Part shown: one piece after another, positions 50,851 to 63,133 of the stretch
Layout of the letters: every line of letters begins with the position of its first letter
Position numbering within the stretch: the stretch's first letter is position 1
Origin: Pelomyxa schiedti
Lineage: Eukaryota > Protista > Evosea
DNA: 64,000 nucleotides
NCBI GenBank assembly: GCA_020536535.1
Contig: JAHLWZ010000790.1
Coordinates: 1 to 64,000 of the forward strand
Reading direction: 5' to 3'
The notes under the pieces: generated by a model
What the model saw: only the letters and a program-made list of their open reading frames with translations
Databases searched by the model: none
Told to the model about the DNA's origin: nothing
Position numbers and translations under genes: made by a program

Positions 50851-53800
50851 TCAGTTGGTGTCAGTTGCCACAGCTGACTCAATGACCACCTCTGAAAGCT
50901 CTGTCACCTCCACGGCATCACTTTTTTGTTTGTGGGAAGTGGTCGTGCTCGTGGTCGTGGTAGTCGTAGTTGTAGTCATGGCTTTTGGTGCAGTTGCTTC
51001 TGCAATTTTGGGTTTTGTGTGGGTGGACTTGCCAACGTGTTCCTGATCACTTGGGGTAAGAACTTTCATCTCTACTGGCGCGTGTTGGAGTGTATGTGCA
51101 TTCCCAGTTTCGGTGTCATGTTCTTTCTTCACTGTGGGTGGAATAACGGAGTTGTGGGAGACAATCACTTGAGTGGGAGTGAAGGCTTTCACTTCCCTTT
51201 GAAACATGATGCTTGAGTTCCCGTTTATTAAAATGTCGCGGAAATACCAAACCAGCACTAAAGAAACTATCTCTGAACACAGTGTTAAAACCAAATAGCT
51301 TCCAGTGAGAAAGAATCGACAACACACTTTTTGCCACTTGATTACCAGCATGGACAATAATGTTCCGTGTATTCTCGTCAATGAATCCCTCTTCCAGAAG
51401 AGAATCGAGCTTGGCTTTTCGGTGCTGCAGAATAAGACTGACAGCAATACTGTTCACTGCTAAATTGTATGTCATGTGCTGTTGTTGCCTTAGGTTATGG
51501 AGTTCATGGCTGCTGTCCCGTTGTACAACTTCCAACTGAGTCTGGGTGAGAGAACAAAATAATATCCCGTATATGAGTAAACCTGGTGCTGAAATGAAAC
51601 TCCAGTGTGCTTTTCGACAGTTTCAATGGAATGCCGAAAGGCTTTAAGAATACTTTGTGTCCTTAGAATCACCCAATTTACCCGACTAAATGCAAAATAT
51701 ATTGTGAGAAATCTGAAGACTGAAGTGCACGCCAATCTCTGCATAAATTTCTGTGGGAAAATGAGCTTCCACTAGAAAGATGAAAGGATACAAAGCATGT
51801 GAATCGTGGGTGAAACTGCCTGAACAGAAATTGCCAAGTTTTTCCAAATAGCTTATCAGGTTGTTCGGAAGTCCCTTCCACTACTGAGGTGAGGGTAATG
51901 AGGTTACTTGGTGTGACACGAAACATTGTTTCGTGCTGTTCGATGATATCTGCTCTAACATGTCTTACCAGTAGCTCCCTTGCCTTACCAACAAAAAATA
52001 TGAGAGTCAGCCGAGGGGAAAAAAAATTACTTCGTACTTCAATTGTCTCTTCATTAATCTCCCCTTCTTCTACAAAGATGGAATCGCCCATCGAGTAGGC
52101 TTGAGTTGGGTCTTCTTGGAACTAAGTACAGTCAATAATGGCGAATTGAACTCTCAAACTTACATTATCATCACGCATGTTGGCCAACGTAAGCTTCCAA
52201 AAAGAAATCCAGTCAGTCAGCTCCATTACAACCTGGTTGGGGGCCACTTGAATTATCGGAACAGCCGAGTCCACAAGCTCCCAGTTCACATGTTTGAAAA
52301 CAGGGTCTTTCATCATATCTTCTCTTAAGTCTTTGGACTCTCTATTGGAAATTAGTTAAGTAAAGTATCACTCAATGAGAAACCTATTCATGTGCGCTAA
52401 TGCCATTGCGAACATATGTACACTCTTGGGTTCTGACTTTGGGAAGTTCAAGAACTGATAAATCGGCTTTGCAAATATCCCGTTGATGAGGGATGTCAGA
52501 AGGACAGTTCCAACGACCTAGGGCGGTAAGAGTTCGTAGGGCCTTACATTGTTCGTACCTGAGTTACAAACTCACGCCGGAAAGGTGCTTCATAGTTTCC
52601 ATTAGCGGAGACAAAAAGTGCAATAGATAGAGAGACTCCTCCTCTAAGCCCTGCACTCCAGAGCATGAAGAATTTCTTAAAATCAAATCCGTATCCTGTA
52701 CGAATCAGGACTGGGGAGCACAGTAAGAGGGCTATTCCGCGGGCGACCTAAAGTAACAATGAAAAATTTTCCGCTTAATGTGGAACTACTGTGATCGACA
52801 GAAAAGTCAAAACCATGTTGAACCAATCCCAGGCAGTTGAATGGTATAAATCGTGGAAAACAATATCTCCAGTGAAGAAAAATATCAGAGAGTTAATAAT
52901 AAACTCCAGTTGTTCCCAAAAAACAAAGTTTGGCTGCAAGCACGTGAGATGAGATTCAAGTAAGATTAACAGGGGAACCTCGGTTGCATTTGGGCTGAAT
53001 CCTAACTTTCCTTGGTAGGCAAAATATAGCCCAAAAGTAACCACTGCTAAAACTCCGGAAGTTCCAATGAGTTCTATGAGGATTAACCTTATTATGCAGC
53101 AAGACGCCGGAACCAGATAAAAACATTGTACTGAATACGGCAGTTACAACTATGGTAATTTCCAACACTGGCTTTGAGTGGATTGTACGCAACCAATAGT
53201 AACAGAGGAAAGCAGCTATGCCACCAAAAAGAGGGCCACCTCCAGTGAGCTAAAAATGAAGTCAAACGCCTATTTAGTTTCACATCAATTACATACCCTA
53301 ACAGCGGCCCATACTGTGGTACCAAAAGAGAAGCTATTATGAATCAAAACTCCTTGTATAACGAAAAACAGCACGTATGCCGTTCCGTCATTTAGTAAAG
53401 CCTCGCCTTGAGGAAAGAAATTAGGTTGCGCTAGCGTGTTCATAGTGAAAGTAACCTTCAATCAAAACACTTAGTTTAGGAGAGGCGCCAAGTTTCTTTA
53501 CAGTGGCAATTGTGGCCACCGGGTCAGTGGCTGACAGTGCAGCTCCCTAATTAGGTACCGTGAGGAGAGTTCTATAGGGGCGTGGGATCGGCTACAAGCA
53601 GAAGGGCCTCACTCCAACTCCAGGCATGTCCTTTTATCGAATTGGCATATTTACCAATGACACCGATAACAGTTGCTGATATAATTACCGCTGTTACAGC
53701 CGTTATTGTGATTGCAATTATGAATGAGTATTAATTATGTGGAATGAACCTGGCCCAGCAAGAAGCAAGCATTGCCAGAGCAACTTTTTGAATACATGCC

Positions 53801-54177
53801 AATTTATTCCCAGCCCAGCAACAAAAAGAATCGGGGGGAGAAAAACAAGAACAATTATCTCAGGGTCAAGATGGGTAGTAATCTCCATCACTCTCAAAGT
53901 TGTTGGTGCCAGTGCAATTCCTGTGCAACGAGGTAACAAGTTCACAAGGGGAAAAAAGGGCAAGTCCAAAAAAAACAAAAAAAACAAAGAACATACCAAA
54001 CAAGAAAACTGGGATGTTCCAAATGCGATACCTCTTTGGCAAGAAATAACTCATAAAACTGTAACACCCACAGGAAACGATGAGGGCTAAACAACATAAT
54101 TCCACGAGGCCCGCTACAGCACCAGTCTCCCCACCCTCAGTGTGCGATGAAGAAATAGAAGACAATGAACATGACAT
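50851..54177 (-). CDS. CPA1 Na+/H+ antiporter (SOS1/NHX7-like membrane domain)
   Basis: DPEIIVLVFLPPILF, QCLLLAGP, GAALSATDPVA, LGASPKLSVLIE|GEALLNDGTA, FWEQLEFIINSLIFFFTG, WSAGLRGGVSL, LTSLINGI. Confidence 0.92.
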
Positions 54178-54506
54178 CTCTCGCTGCTTTGTTTTTTATT
54201 TCGTTAACTGCTTGGGGCTCGTAAGTTACAGAGAAATTTTTCTGGAACGTTCCTCATCGAGAACCATCTAGATGGGTCTAGATAGAGCATTCTCATCACA
54301 GAAACAACCGACAAGGTAAAACCCAAGTAAGTGATACAACCCCAGGAAAAGGCTCACGAGAGCGGGCAAACAAAAAGAATGACGAATCCCAGTTCCGGGA
54401 GTGAAAATCCTCGTCCAGGTACTCCCACTCCACAAAGAAGCAAAGTTTTGAGAAGAAAAAAAGAAAATAAATTCTACTCTTCTTCACACCAACGACCAAC
54501 AACAAA

Positions 54507-57384
54507 TCAAGGGTTCATGATGGCAGCTTGGGCAGCAGCAAGTCGGGCAACTGGGATACGGAAAGCAGAGCAAGAGACATCTAAAGAAAAAAAGGTGAGT
54601 GTGACCCAAGTGGGAACTTACAGGGGGAGGCATACAGGTAAGTCCAATGATGTGGCACCACTCAATTGAGGATGGCTCTCCACCGTGCTCACCGCAGATA
54701 CCGCACTTAAGTGTCTTGCGGGTTGAGCGGCCCTCATCGACGGCAATCTTCATTACGCGGCCAACTCCTGGTCGATCCAAAATCTCGAAGGGATTTGCGG
54801 GCAAGATCTTAAGGTCAACGTACTTGGGCATGAACTTGTTCTCAACATCCTCTCGGGAGTAGGAGAAGGTTCCTGAGATAATCAGACGAATTGTAAGTGA
54901 GAAATGAAAGATTATTACCTTGAGAAAGATCGTTGGTTCCGAAGGAGAAGAACTCGGCAACCTCAGCGACCTTGGCGGCGGTAAGAGCAGCGCGGACACA
55001 CTCAACCATGGTGCCGTACATGAAGGGGATCTTCATGTTGTGCTTGGCCTCAAGTTCAGCAACAACTCTGTTCATGACGTTCTCCCTCATCCAGATGAGC
55101 TCGTTCACATCTGTCAAGTTGGGAAGCATGAGCTCGACGTGGACCTCCTTGCCGGCCTTGATGCACTCGGCAGTGGCGTCGAGGATGGCTCGTGCTTGCA
55201 TCTCGTAGATCTCGGGGTGGGTAACTCCCAACCTGATACCACGGTGGCCAATCATTGGGTTGACCTCCATGAGCTCCTTGACCTTCTTCATGACGCGGGT
55301 CTTGTGAATGATGACGGGGGAGGTCTCTGGCTCACCCTTGAGGCGGAGCTCGTAGATCTCACGCATGACAACCTCGAGAGAGGGAAGGAACTCGTGAAGT
55401 GGGGGATCAAGGAATCGGACTGTGACTGGGAAGGGGGACATCACAGTGAAGATGTCAATGAAGTCTTTCTTCTGGAGTGGCAAGAGCCTGTCAAGGTGAA
55501 CCTTTCGCTCTTCAACAGTGTCTGCCATGATCATGTCGACGACAATTGGGAGTCGGTCAACAGCGTTGAACATACGCTCTGTGCGGACAAGTCCAATACC
55601 CTCAGCTCCGAACTCTCTTGCCTTCCTGGCACCGTCGGGAGTATCAGCATTGGCGCGAACTCCGAGCCTGCGGACGGAGTCGCAAAGGGACAAGAACTTG
55701 CCGAAGTTTCCGGTGACCTCAGGGTCGATCAGAGGAACCTCACCCTGGAAAATGTTTCCTGATGTTCCATCAATGGTAATGATGTCTCCCTCGCGGAGGA
55801 TGGTCTCTCCAACAACGGCCTGCTTGAGGTGAACATCTACTCTGATGTCTTCAGCACCGGAGACACAGGACTTTCCCATACCACGGGCAACGACGGCAGC
55901 GTGAGAGGTCTTGCCACCACGGGAGGTAAGAATTCCTTGAGCAACGAAGAAACCGTGAATATCCTCGGGCTTGGTCTCCTCACGGACCAAGATGACCTTC
56001 TTGCCGGTCTTGGCCTCCTTGACGGCATCATCAGCATCGAAGACGCAAGCACCAGTTGCAGCTCCGGGGCTGGCGTTAAGTCCCTTAGCAAGAGCCTTGC
56101 CCTTGAACTTGGGGTCAATGCACTTGTGGAGGAGTTGATCAATCATCTCGGGCTTTACTCTCATGATTGCTTGCTCCTTTGTGATGAGTCCCTGCTCGAA
56201 CATCTCAATTGAGCTTCGTACGGTAGCCTGAGCATTCATCTTTCCGTTGCGGGTTTGGAGCATGTAGAGCTTGTTCTTCTCAATGGTGAACTCGAGATCC
56301 TGAACTTCGTGGAAGTTAGCCTCCAACTTTTGTCGGATGTCCATGAGCTGAGCATAGGATGCGGGCAAGTCGACTTGCATCTCGGCAATTGGCTTGGGGG
56401 TTCGGATTCCAGCCACGACATCTTCACCTTGAGCGTTGGTGAGGTACTCGCCATAGAAGACGTTCTCGCCAGTGCCTGGGTCACGGGTGAAGCAGACTCC
56501 AGTTGCGCTGTCGCCGCCCATGTTACCGAAAACCATGGATACGACGTTGACTGCAGTTCCGTCGGCCTGCTCGGGGGTGATCTTGAACTCACGGCGGTAA
56601 GCAACAGCGCGGGCGCCCATCCAGGAGCCGAAGACGGCCTTGATGGCGATTTCGAGTTGCTCCATTGGGTCGGTGGGGAATGGCTTGCCAGTGAACTTCT
56701 GGGTGATGGCCTTGAACTCCTGAGCGAGTTCCTTCATGGCGGTGGCATCGAGCTCAGTGTCGAGCTTGACTGATCTGGAGGCCTTCTTCTTGGCCATTGC
56801 CTCATCGTAGTGCTCGTCTGGAACCTCAAGGGCAATCTTGCCGAAAAGCTGAACGAAGCGGCGATAAGCATCATAAGCGAAGCGGGGGTTGCTGGTAAGA
56901 GCAGCAAGACCCTCCACGGTGGAATCATTCAGACCAAGGTTGAGGACTGTGTCCATCATACCGGGCATGGACATAGCAGCACCAGACCTATAAATTGATT
57001 AAAACACAAAATCCAAAAGATACACAACAGCAACCAAGACTCCCCAAAAAAACACAAGTTATATGTAAAAAAAAGGGAAATAAAAAGAAGGAAAACCAAC
57101 CTGACGGAGACAAGAAGGGGGTTAGCAGCATCGCCAAAGATCTTGCCTGCCTTTCCCTCAATGTAGTGAATATGCTCGGCAACCTCAGCCATGAGACCGG
57201 ATGGCAAAACCTTGCCGGCAGCGTTGAAAGCGCGGCAAACCTCGGTGGTGATGACGAAGCCGGGGGGGACTGGGAGGCCGATTGACGTCATGTTGACGAG
57301 TCCGGCACCCTTGCCGCCGAGAAGTTGCTTGTTCTTGCCGTCACCGTTCTCGAAGGTGTAGATCCTCTTGTTTGCGCTTGCCAT
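54507..57384 (-). CDS. ppdK: Pyruvate phosphate dikinase
   Basis: LLGGKGAGL, PVPPGFVITT, PLLVSVR|SGAAMSMPGMMDTVLNLG, GGKTSHAAVVARG (phospho-His), FSFGTNDLSQ, GICGEHGG; three introns; strong C/G-ending codon bias. Confidence 0.99.
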
Positions 57385-57823
57385 TTGTTTTTTTATTTGT
57401 TGTGTGGTCGCTTGTTGGGTAGGTAGGGTAGATCTCCTTGGTTTTGAGTAATGATTTTAGAAAAAAAATGAAAAAGTTGGTTTTTAAGCGTTGAGTGATT
57501 GATTTTTCCCGAACGTTTCTTTCGACGTAAGGTTTGCAACTCAAATCCTTTCGAAGCCGGTGTTCCACGGAAAAACCAGATCCCTTCTTATGAATCCTCC
57601 TGCCATGCATTATGCCCACATTCCGAAGGACTGGAGTGAGTGCAGCACATATTCATCTGCTTAGAGATCCCAGAAATTCCGTTTTAATTCCACTGAGAGC
57701 TCTTTCGTGCTATTCCTGAATAGTCACACCGAAAGCAGAAGACAGGAAAAGTTTGTTGTTTGACACCATTCACCGGACACGAACAAAAAAATCACAAAAC
57801 AAAAAAAAAACAGACCGAACAAG

Positions 57824-59729
57824 ATGGCTGCAGCAGCGAAGGTAACACAGGCGCAGATGGGGGAGTGGCAGGAGATCACACGAAGATGTTACGCTGACCA
57901 GGCCATTTGGTTTGCTTTTTTTCTTTCCTTTCCCGTGTACATACATGTTGTAACTTTTGTTTGCGTGTTAGGTTCCTCAACGGTTTTTGGGAGCAGGGAC
58001 TGGAGGGCGAAGCCGAGAAAGTGTGGGGTTTCGCTCACAAGTTTGGCGAACTTGATCCCGAGAAGAAAGCAGCGGGAACTGAACTTGATGGTTTTTCTAT
58101 AGATGCACTGAAATTCGTTCCAACATTGTTACAGAATTCTGGAGTCATAAGTTTTTGGAGTCCCTGGGTGAAACTCAGACAGTCATACAACTACGAGAAA
58201 AGTTGCGTGCTATTGATGTGGACAACAACAAGAAAATGAGTCTCATGGAGTACGGTTTTTTTGTGTGTAAATTACAGTTTAACTTCTCTGAAGGTACCTT
58301 ATCTGGAGATATAAGAAGACCATTGCTGCAGTTCTGAAGGCCCCTCAGGGTGATAACAAGGCGGAAATTGATGAGGCGCAATCTAAGGTGGATTCTGCCC
58401 AAAATGCTGTCGAGGAGATGATGACTCGCCTCGAACAACAAAAAGAAGCACTCGCTCATGCTAAGCAAGCAGCAGAGGAAGCTAGGCAGACTCTGGCCGC
58501 AGCCGAGGAAGCAGAACAACAGGCTACTGCAGCTAAGGAAGAGGCTGACACTGCTGCTGCACACTCTAAAGCCAGGGAGGAGGAGGCCCGAGACATGGAA
58601 GCTAAATCCAAAGCCGCCGCTGCTGATGCCAAGGAGAGGGCCGAGGCTGCCAAGGCCGCTGAGGAAGAAGCAACAGCGACTGCTAAGGCAGCTAAAGCTG
58701 CCGAGGAGGATGCAAAAGCAACAGCTGCTGAGGCTAAGGCCCGTGAAGCTGATGCAACAAAGAAAGCTGCGGCAGCTAAATCAACTGCCGACGAGTCCTC
58801 TGCTCGTGCTGCTGAGGCTAAGGCCGCAGCTGACGCGGCTGCAGAGGCTGCCGCCCCTTTCAATGCGGCTGTTGCAGAGAACGAAGCTGCTCTCAAAGAG
58901 TTAAATGCACAGGAGAAGGCCATTGCTGACCAGAAAGCCGCATTGGAAAAAACAATTGCTACAGGATCTTTGGTAGCACGCAACCGAGCAACCAATGAAC
59001 TTGAGCAACTTAAGAGCAAAGACCCACTTCCTCTCGGCAGGGCCAAGCTGAACCAACAAGCTGCTTGCCGTAAGATGGAGAAGGCTGCAGCACCCTTCAA
59101 TGCCGCCAAGGCCAAGTCAGAAGCTGCAGCAGAAGTTGCCGACGCTGCCGCAAAAAGTGCAGCGGAAGCATCTGCCCTATCCGAGGAAGCTAAGGCGGCT
59201 GCACAGGACTCAGCTCAGGCTGCCATTGCCTCCGAAAAGGCTGCGGTTGAAGCCGCTAATGCAGCCACTGCTGCCGCTGATGACGCCGTTGCCAAGTCCC
59301 ATGCCTCTCAAAAGGCTGCCAAAGCAGCAGCAGAGGCTGCCCGCGAATCGGAAGCGGCTGCTGAAGCTGCTTCCCAAGCAGCTCGCGAAGCGGAGAAGGC
59401 AGCAGATGCCGCGGCTGAGGCTGCTGAGCACGCACGTGGGGAACGACTCAAGGCAGATGAGGCCAAAAGGGAGGCAGAGTCCGCTGCGGAAGCCGCAGAA
59501 CAGGCTGCCCGTGAGGTAGAAGCCGCCGCCCAACAAGCCGAACAAATGCTCGCTGATGCCATGGCTTTCCTTGAAGCCGCCAAGAGCAAAGGTGGTGTTG
59601 CCCACGGTGCTATCTGGTGGATGGAACGGACAATCCAAGAAAAGGTAATTCCCATCAACGTGGTGTATTGGTTCCTCACAAGTGCCACAGAAAAAGTACA
59701 TGCCCCAGAGAAGAGTCACCAAGTCCTAG
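57824..59729 (+). CDS. Ca2+-regulated actin-bundling protein (ABP34/AbpB family) with long Ala-rich coiled-coil extension
   Basis: YADQAIW|FLNGFW, EF-hand-like IDVDNNKKMSLMEYL, ARNRATNELEQL, C-terminal GAIWWMERTIQEK|KKYMPQRR, matching Dictyostelium ABP34 motifs as I recall them (QQAVHFLNAYW, DVNFDGRVSFLEYL, GAIWWMNRDLEEKKK). Confidence 0.85.
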
Positions 59730-60707
59730 GCTCACCCCCTTCCTGCTTTGTGCGAATAGAAGATAACAAAAGAATCAATTCCCTGAAAAAACTGTTGCTT
59801 CTTTGTCGGCCGGTCGAGGGGGTTTTTTTCTGTGTCAACGCTTTTTTTTCCGTAACGACCGACCGTTTCTGGTATCTTTGATCTTGCAAAGTGAACCACC
59901 AACCCACGACCTTGAGGTTCTTGGCAAGGCAAGGAGAAAAGATGAACAGTTGCCACTCGTCTGAAATATAAAATAAAATAGCAACACTGTGCCGAGGTAG
60001 ATTGGGTTTGGATAGTGACCACCACACTGTGAGGTGTGCTGGGGTGTTGATGGTTGTTGTTTTACTTGTGTAGTAAGGGAGAAAGAAGCCCGAATACATA
60101 CACAAGAGTTTATTGTTTATTACTTTAGCTTTTGCTTGGAATAACTACGATGGTGTTGTTCCCGCCTTATAAAGGCGCTAGAATCAGTTCTAGGTGTCGC
60201 CTGAATCTCCTCAAGGTCAGACTCAGCAGGGATTGAAAAAGAGGCAGACAAGTCTGTGTGATGGACAGTGTTGTTCCACCAATCAATAGCTGCCCTGGAT
60301 CTCCCTCAGGGTCCCAACAGATTCGCGGTAGTTTTCCCAGAAATCCATCAGTGATTAGAACCGTACTTAGAACTATTCTCAGACTTACCTGAGGAGTATA
60401 AAATGAACCCAGCGGCGTACCAACGGACTGTGTTGGAACCTTCCTTCTCCAAGGTCAAGTTCCCAGGACTTTCATTCAAAACAAAAAGGTTCTCTTCCTG
60501 AGAAGCAAGCTAAGCAGCGCTGTTGAGAGGATGTGCTCCTTTTTGACCAAGGATCATCTGAAAAACGATTATAACAAATCTCTTTTGTCTCTCTTCGAAA
60601 ATATCCAAGAATTGGCTCCCCAGTGAAATGAATTAGCATTCCTATGTGCATTTGCTGACCATGAAAGTGAACCACAGCGGTGGCAAGCGAACGGAAGTTT
60701 CTTTTTT

Positions 60708-62300
60708 TCATAATGCCTCAAACAAGCTCTCGTGCTGAAACAAGAGAACTTGATTTCCCCAACTAGTGAAGCCTTTCTCCAAATGCCTTGCAAATAACTC
60801 ACAGAACCGGGGTTGTTGTTCGGTCGTGGAGCCGTCGCCCTGGTGTAGTTCTGTCCAACATTGCCTCATTGGGAGCCTGAGGGACGGCTTGCGAGAATGA
60901 GGTCCCGGGACACTGCATAAGGTGATGGATGGTGCTGTAGTAGACGGGAGATTTGAGGAGCACTTCGTGCAGGTCGGAGCGCCGCACGGGGTAATTCCAA
61001 CGACCACTGGTTCATAGGGCTTCTTGTGGGGGGATGACACCGGGCAGACTAATTCCGCGAAGGAGGTTACTTTGACCCAGAGCCACGTAGTGTGGTACTG
61101 CAATCCCCATTGAGAAAAGAGTGTTTGGGTAGTGAGCTTCCAGAGCCTGGGGTCATTTGTTACCCACACAGCCACAAGAGAGTGTGGTTTGAGCAGACCG
61201 GCTACAGGCAGTGCCGAGAGTTCGTCATCAGACAGGGTGTGGTAAACATGTGCTCGCTGGGCACTTTTATTCTTCCATGGTGGGTCTATAATAACACAAT
61301 CGAAGCCATTGGGGCCAACTCGTGGTTGTAGTGATTCTGGGAGTTCGATAGTGGACTGAAGGAGCTCCTTTACAGCCAACTTAAAGGAACTCGCATCAGT
61401 CATTACAAACGCGGATTGTGGTGGCATTAAGTACCTGTCATTTCCAAGACAGATAGTTGCTTCTGCCGCATCTCGGTTTTCAACTAGCCGGTGAAAGGCA
61501 GAGCCCAAAGAACTCATTCCCCCACTTGGAGTTGTGGTGATTCCACAGCTAGATAACTTCGCGGAACTCACAAACAACGGTGGTATCCGCTCTGAATCCG
61601 CAGTGCCGTGGGCACCAACGACCATCGAAGAGCAAGCCTCGGCGGTATCAATCTCGCATAGAACTTCCGGCCACTTTTGTCTGACAAATACCTCCTCAGA
61701 GTCAGCTAAATTCCCCCCGCTGTTTCGCACCAATTGAGCCTCGGCCGCGGCCCGGGCTGCGCTGACGCACTCGCCCACTCGGTCTATAATCCCACAATTC
61801 GGTAGCTGCTGCTCCCTGCTGACCCTAGGCCGTTTCCTGGCCGGCCTCCCTCTGCCTGGGCGCGTGGCGGCTCCCTCCGAGACCCGCTCACTGGCCCGAG
61901 CCCGCGCCTGATCCTGATCCCCATCCTCCGCCGCACCCGTAGTCGACCCTGTGGTGCCTTCCTGTTCGCATTTGACTACATCGTGGGGAGATGGCGTCGC
62001 TGTAGTAGCAGATGTAACGGTCGTCATCGTTGATGATGATGTTGTTGGTGTGGTGGGGAGGGCGGGGCTCCGCGGCGACCTCGTTGATGGGCCAAAGTAG
62101 GGCTTGTGCAACGAGAACCACGATGGGTTGCGCAACCGGTGCCCCACGAGTCCCTCGTCGATCTGCTCGACAGCATCCACGAAGAGGACAACATTGTGGG
62201 ATGTGGCGGGTGGCGCAAGGGACGAGGAACAAGAGGTAGCAGTAGGGAGTCCCCCAATTGGGTGGTCGGCGTTGTCCTCCTTTTCGCCCCCGCTGCTCAT
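60708..62300 (-). CDS. METTL4: MT-A70 family N6-adenine methyltransferase, METTL4-like
   Basis: FDCVIIDPPWKNKS, LVAVWVTN, WLWVKVT...PHKKPYE, CSVPGPHSRKP, ELFARHL...SWGNQVLLFQ; single long ORF. Confidence 0.92.
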   Translation of the reverse strand: MSSGGEKEDNADHPIGGLPTATSCSSSLAPPATSHNVVLFVDAVEQIDEGLVGHRLRNPSWFSLHKPYFGPSTRSPRSPALPTTPTTSSSTMTTVTSATTATPSPHDVVKCEQEGTTGSTTGAAEDGDQDQARARASERVSEGAATRPGRGRPARKRPRVSREQQLPNCGIIDRVGECVSAARAAAEAQLVRNSGGNLADSEEVFVRQKWPEVLCEIDTAEACSSMVVGAHGTADSERIPPLFVSSAKLSSCGITTTPSGGMSSLGSAFHRLVENRDAAEATICLGNDRYLMPPQSAFVMTDASSFKLAVKELLQSTIELPESLQPRVGPNGFDCVIIDPPWKNKSAQRAHVYHTLSDDELSALPVAGLLKPHSLVAVWVTNDPRLWKLTTQTLFSQWGLQYHTTWLWVKVTSFAELVCPVSSPHKKPYEPVVVGITPCGAPTCTKCSSNLPSTTAPSITLCSVPGPHSRKPSLRLPMRQCWTELHQGDGSTTEQQPRFCELFARHLEKGFTSWGNQVLLFQHESLFEAL

Positions 62301-62358
62301 CACTTTGGGTTTCGCAGAAACCAGTCACTGGCACGTTTTTGGTTGGAATCGTAGAGGA
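62301..62358. promoter_or_regulatory. Putative ultra-short bidirectional promoter between METTL4 and calmodulin-like genes
   Basis: Only 58 bp separate the two divergent ATGs; contains the near-palindrome CCAGTCACTGG. Confidence 0.45.
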
Positions 62359-63054
62359 ATGGCCAGTGCAACGGCAACTTCAACGGCAACAACGAGCGGG
62401 CGCCGTGCGCATCAGATCAACGAGGACCAATTTGATGAGCTAAGGGAGGCGTTTATGTTGTTTGATGGGGACGGTGACGGCTCTGTGGATAAAAAACAAC
62501 TTCACTCCATAATGCTCTCTTTGGGTTGGTTTTTCTGCTTTTGTTTTGTAACTTACAAAGCTGATGGTGGTCTCAACACCAAATGACAAATGAAAACTAG
62601 GACAGATTCCTAGTGAGAGAGAATTGAATCAGATGATCCAAACTGCTGTTCCCGCCGATGCTACGCAATACACCTTTGACGAATTCCTCACAATGATAGA
62701 AAAGAAATTGCAGACTGAGAACACTGACGAAGAAATCAAGGAAGCATTCCGGGTATGTAATTACTATTATAATTATACTGTGTGTGAAGGCAATTAGTGA
62801 CTCCACCCAATCAACACTTACCCTAAAAGATATTCGATAAGGACAACAGTGGGTCAATATCATCACAGGAGCTGCGTAATGTATGTGCTTCATTTGTTTC
62901 CTGTTGCCACTGTAACTTTTTTCCACAGGTTCTCAACAACCTGGGTGAAAACCTTAACGAGGAAGAGATTGAAGAACTTGTTAAAGAAGCTGATGTTGAC
63001 GGGGATGGTCAAATAAACTATGAGGAGTTCCTCAAGCTCCTCAATGTCAATTAA
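62359..63054 (+). CDS. Calmodulin-like EF-hand protein (4 exons)
   Basis: [36 protein letters not shown]|[17 protein letters not shown]|VLNNLGENL...[15 protein letters not shown]; EF2 degenerate. Confidence 0.92.
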
Positions 63055-63133
63055 CACTTGTTTTGAAAGATTAAAGTAAAGAATCCACATGTACTCTTTT
63101 TTTCTTTTTTTTTAGATTTGTTGAAGTGATTAC

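Noticed and set aside
54920-56773. Long + strand ORFs antisense to PPDK
   Set aside because: Expected shadow of strong codon bias in a highly expressed gene; no recognisable protein features.
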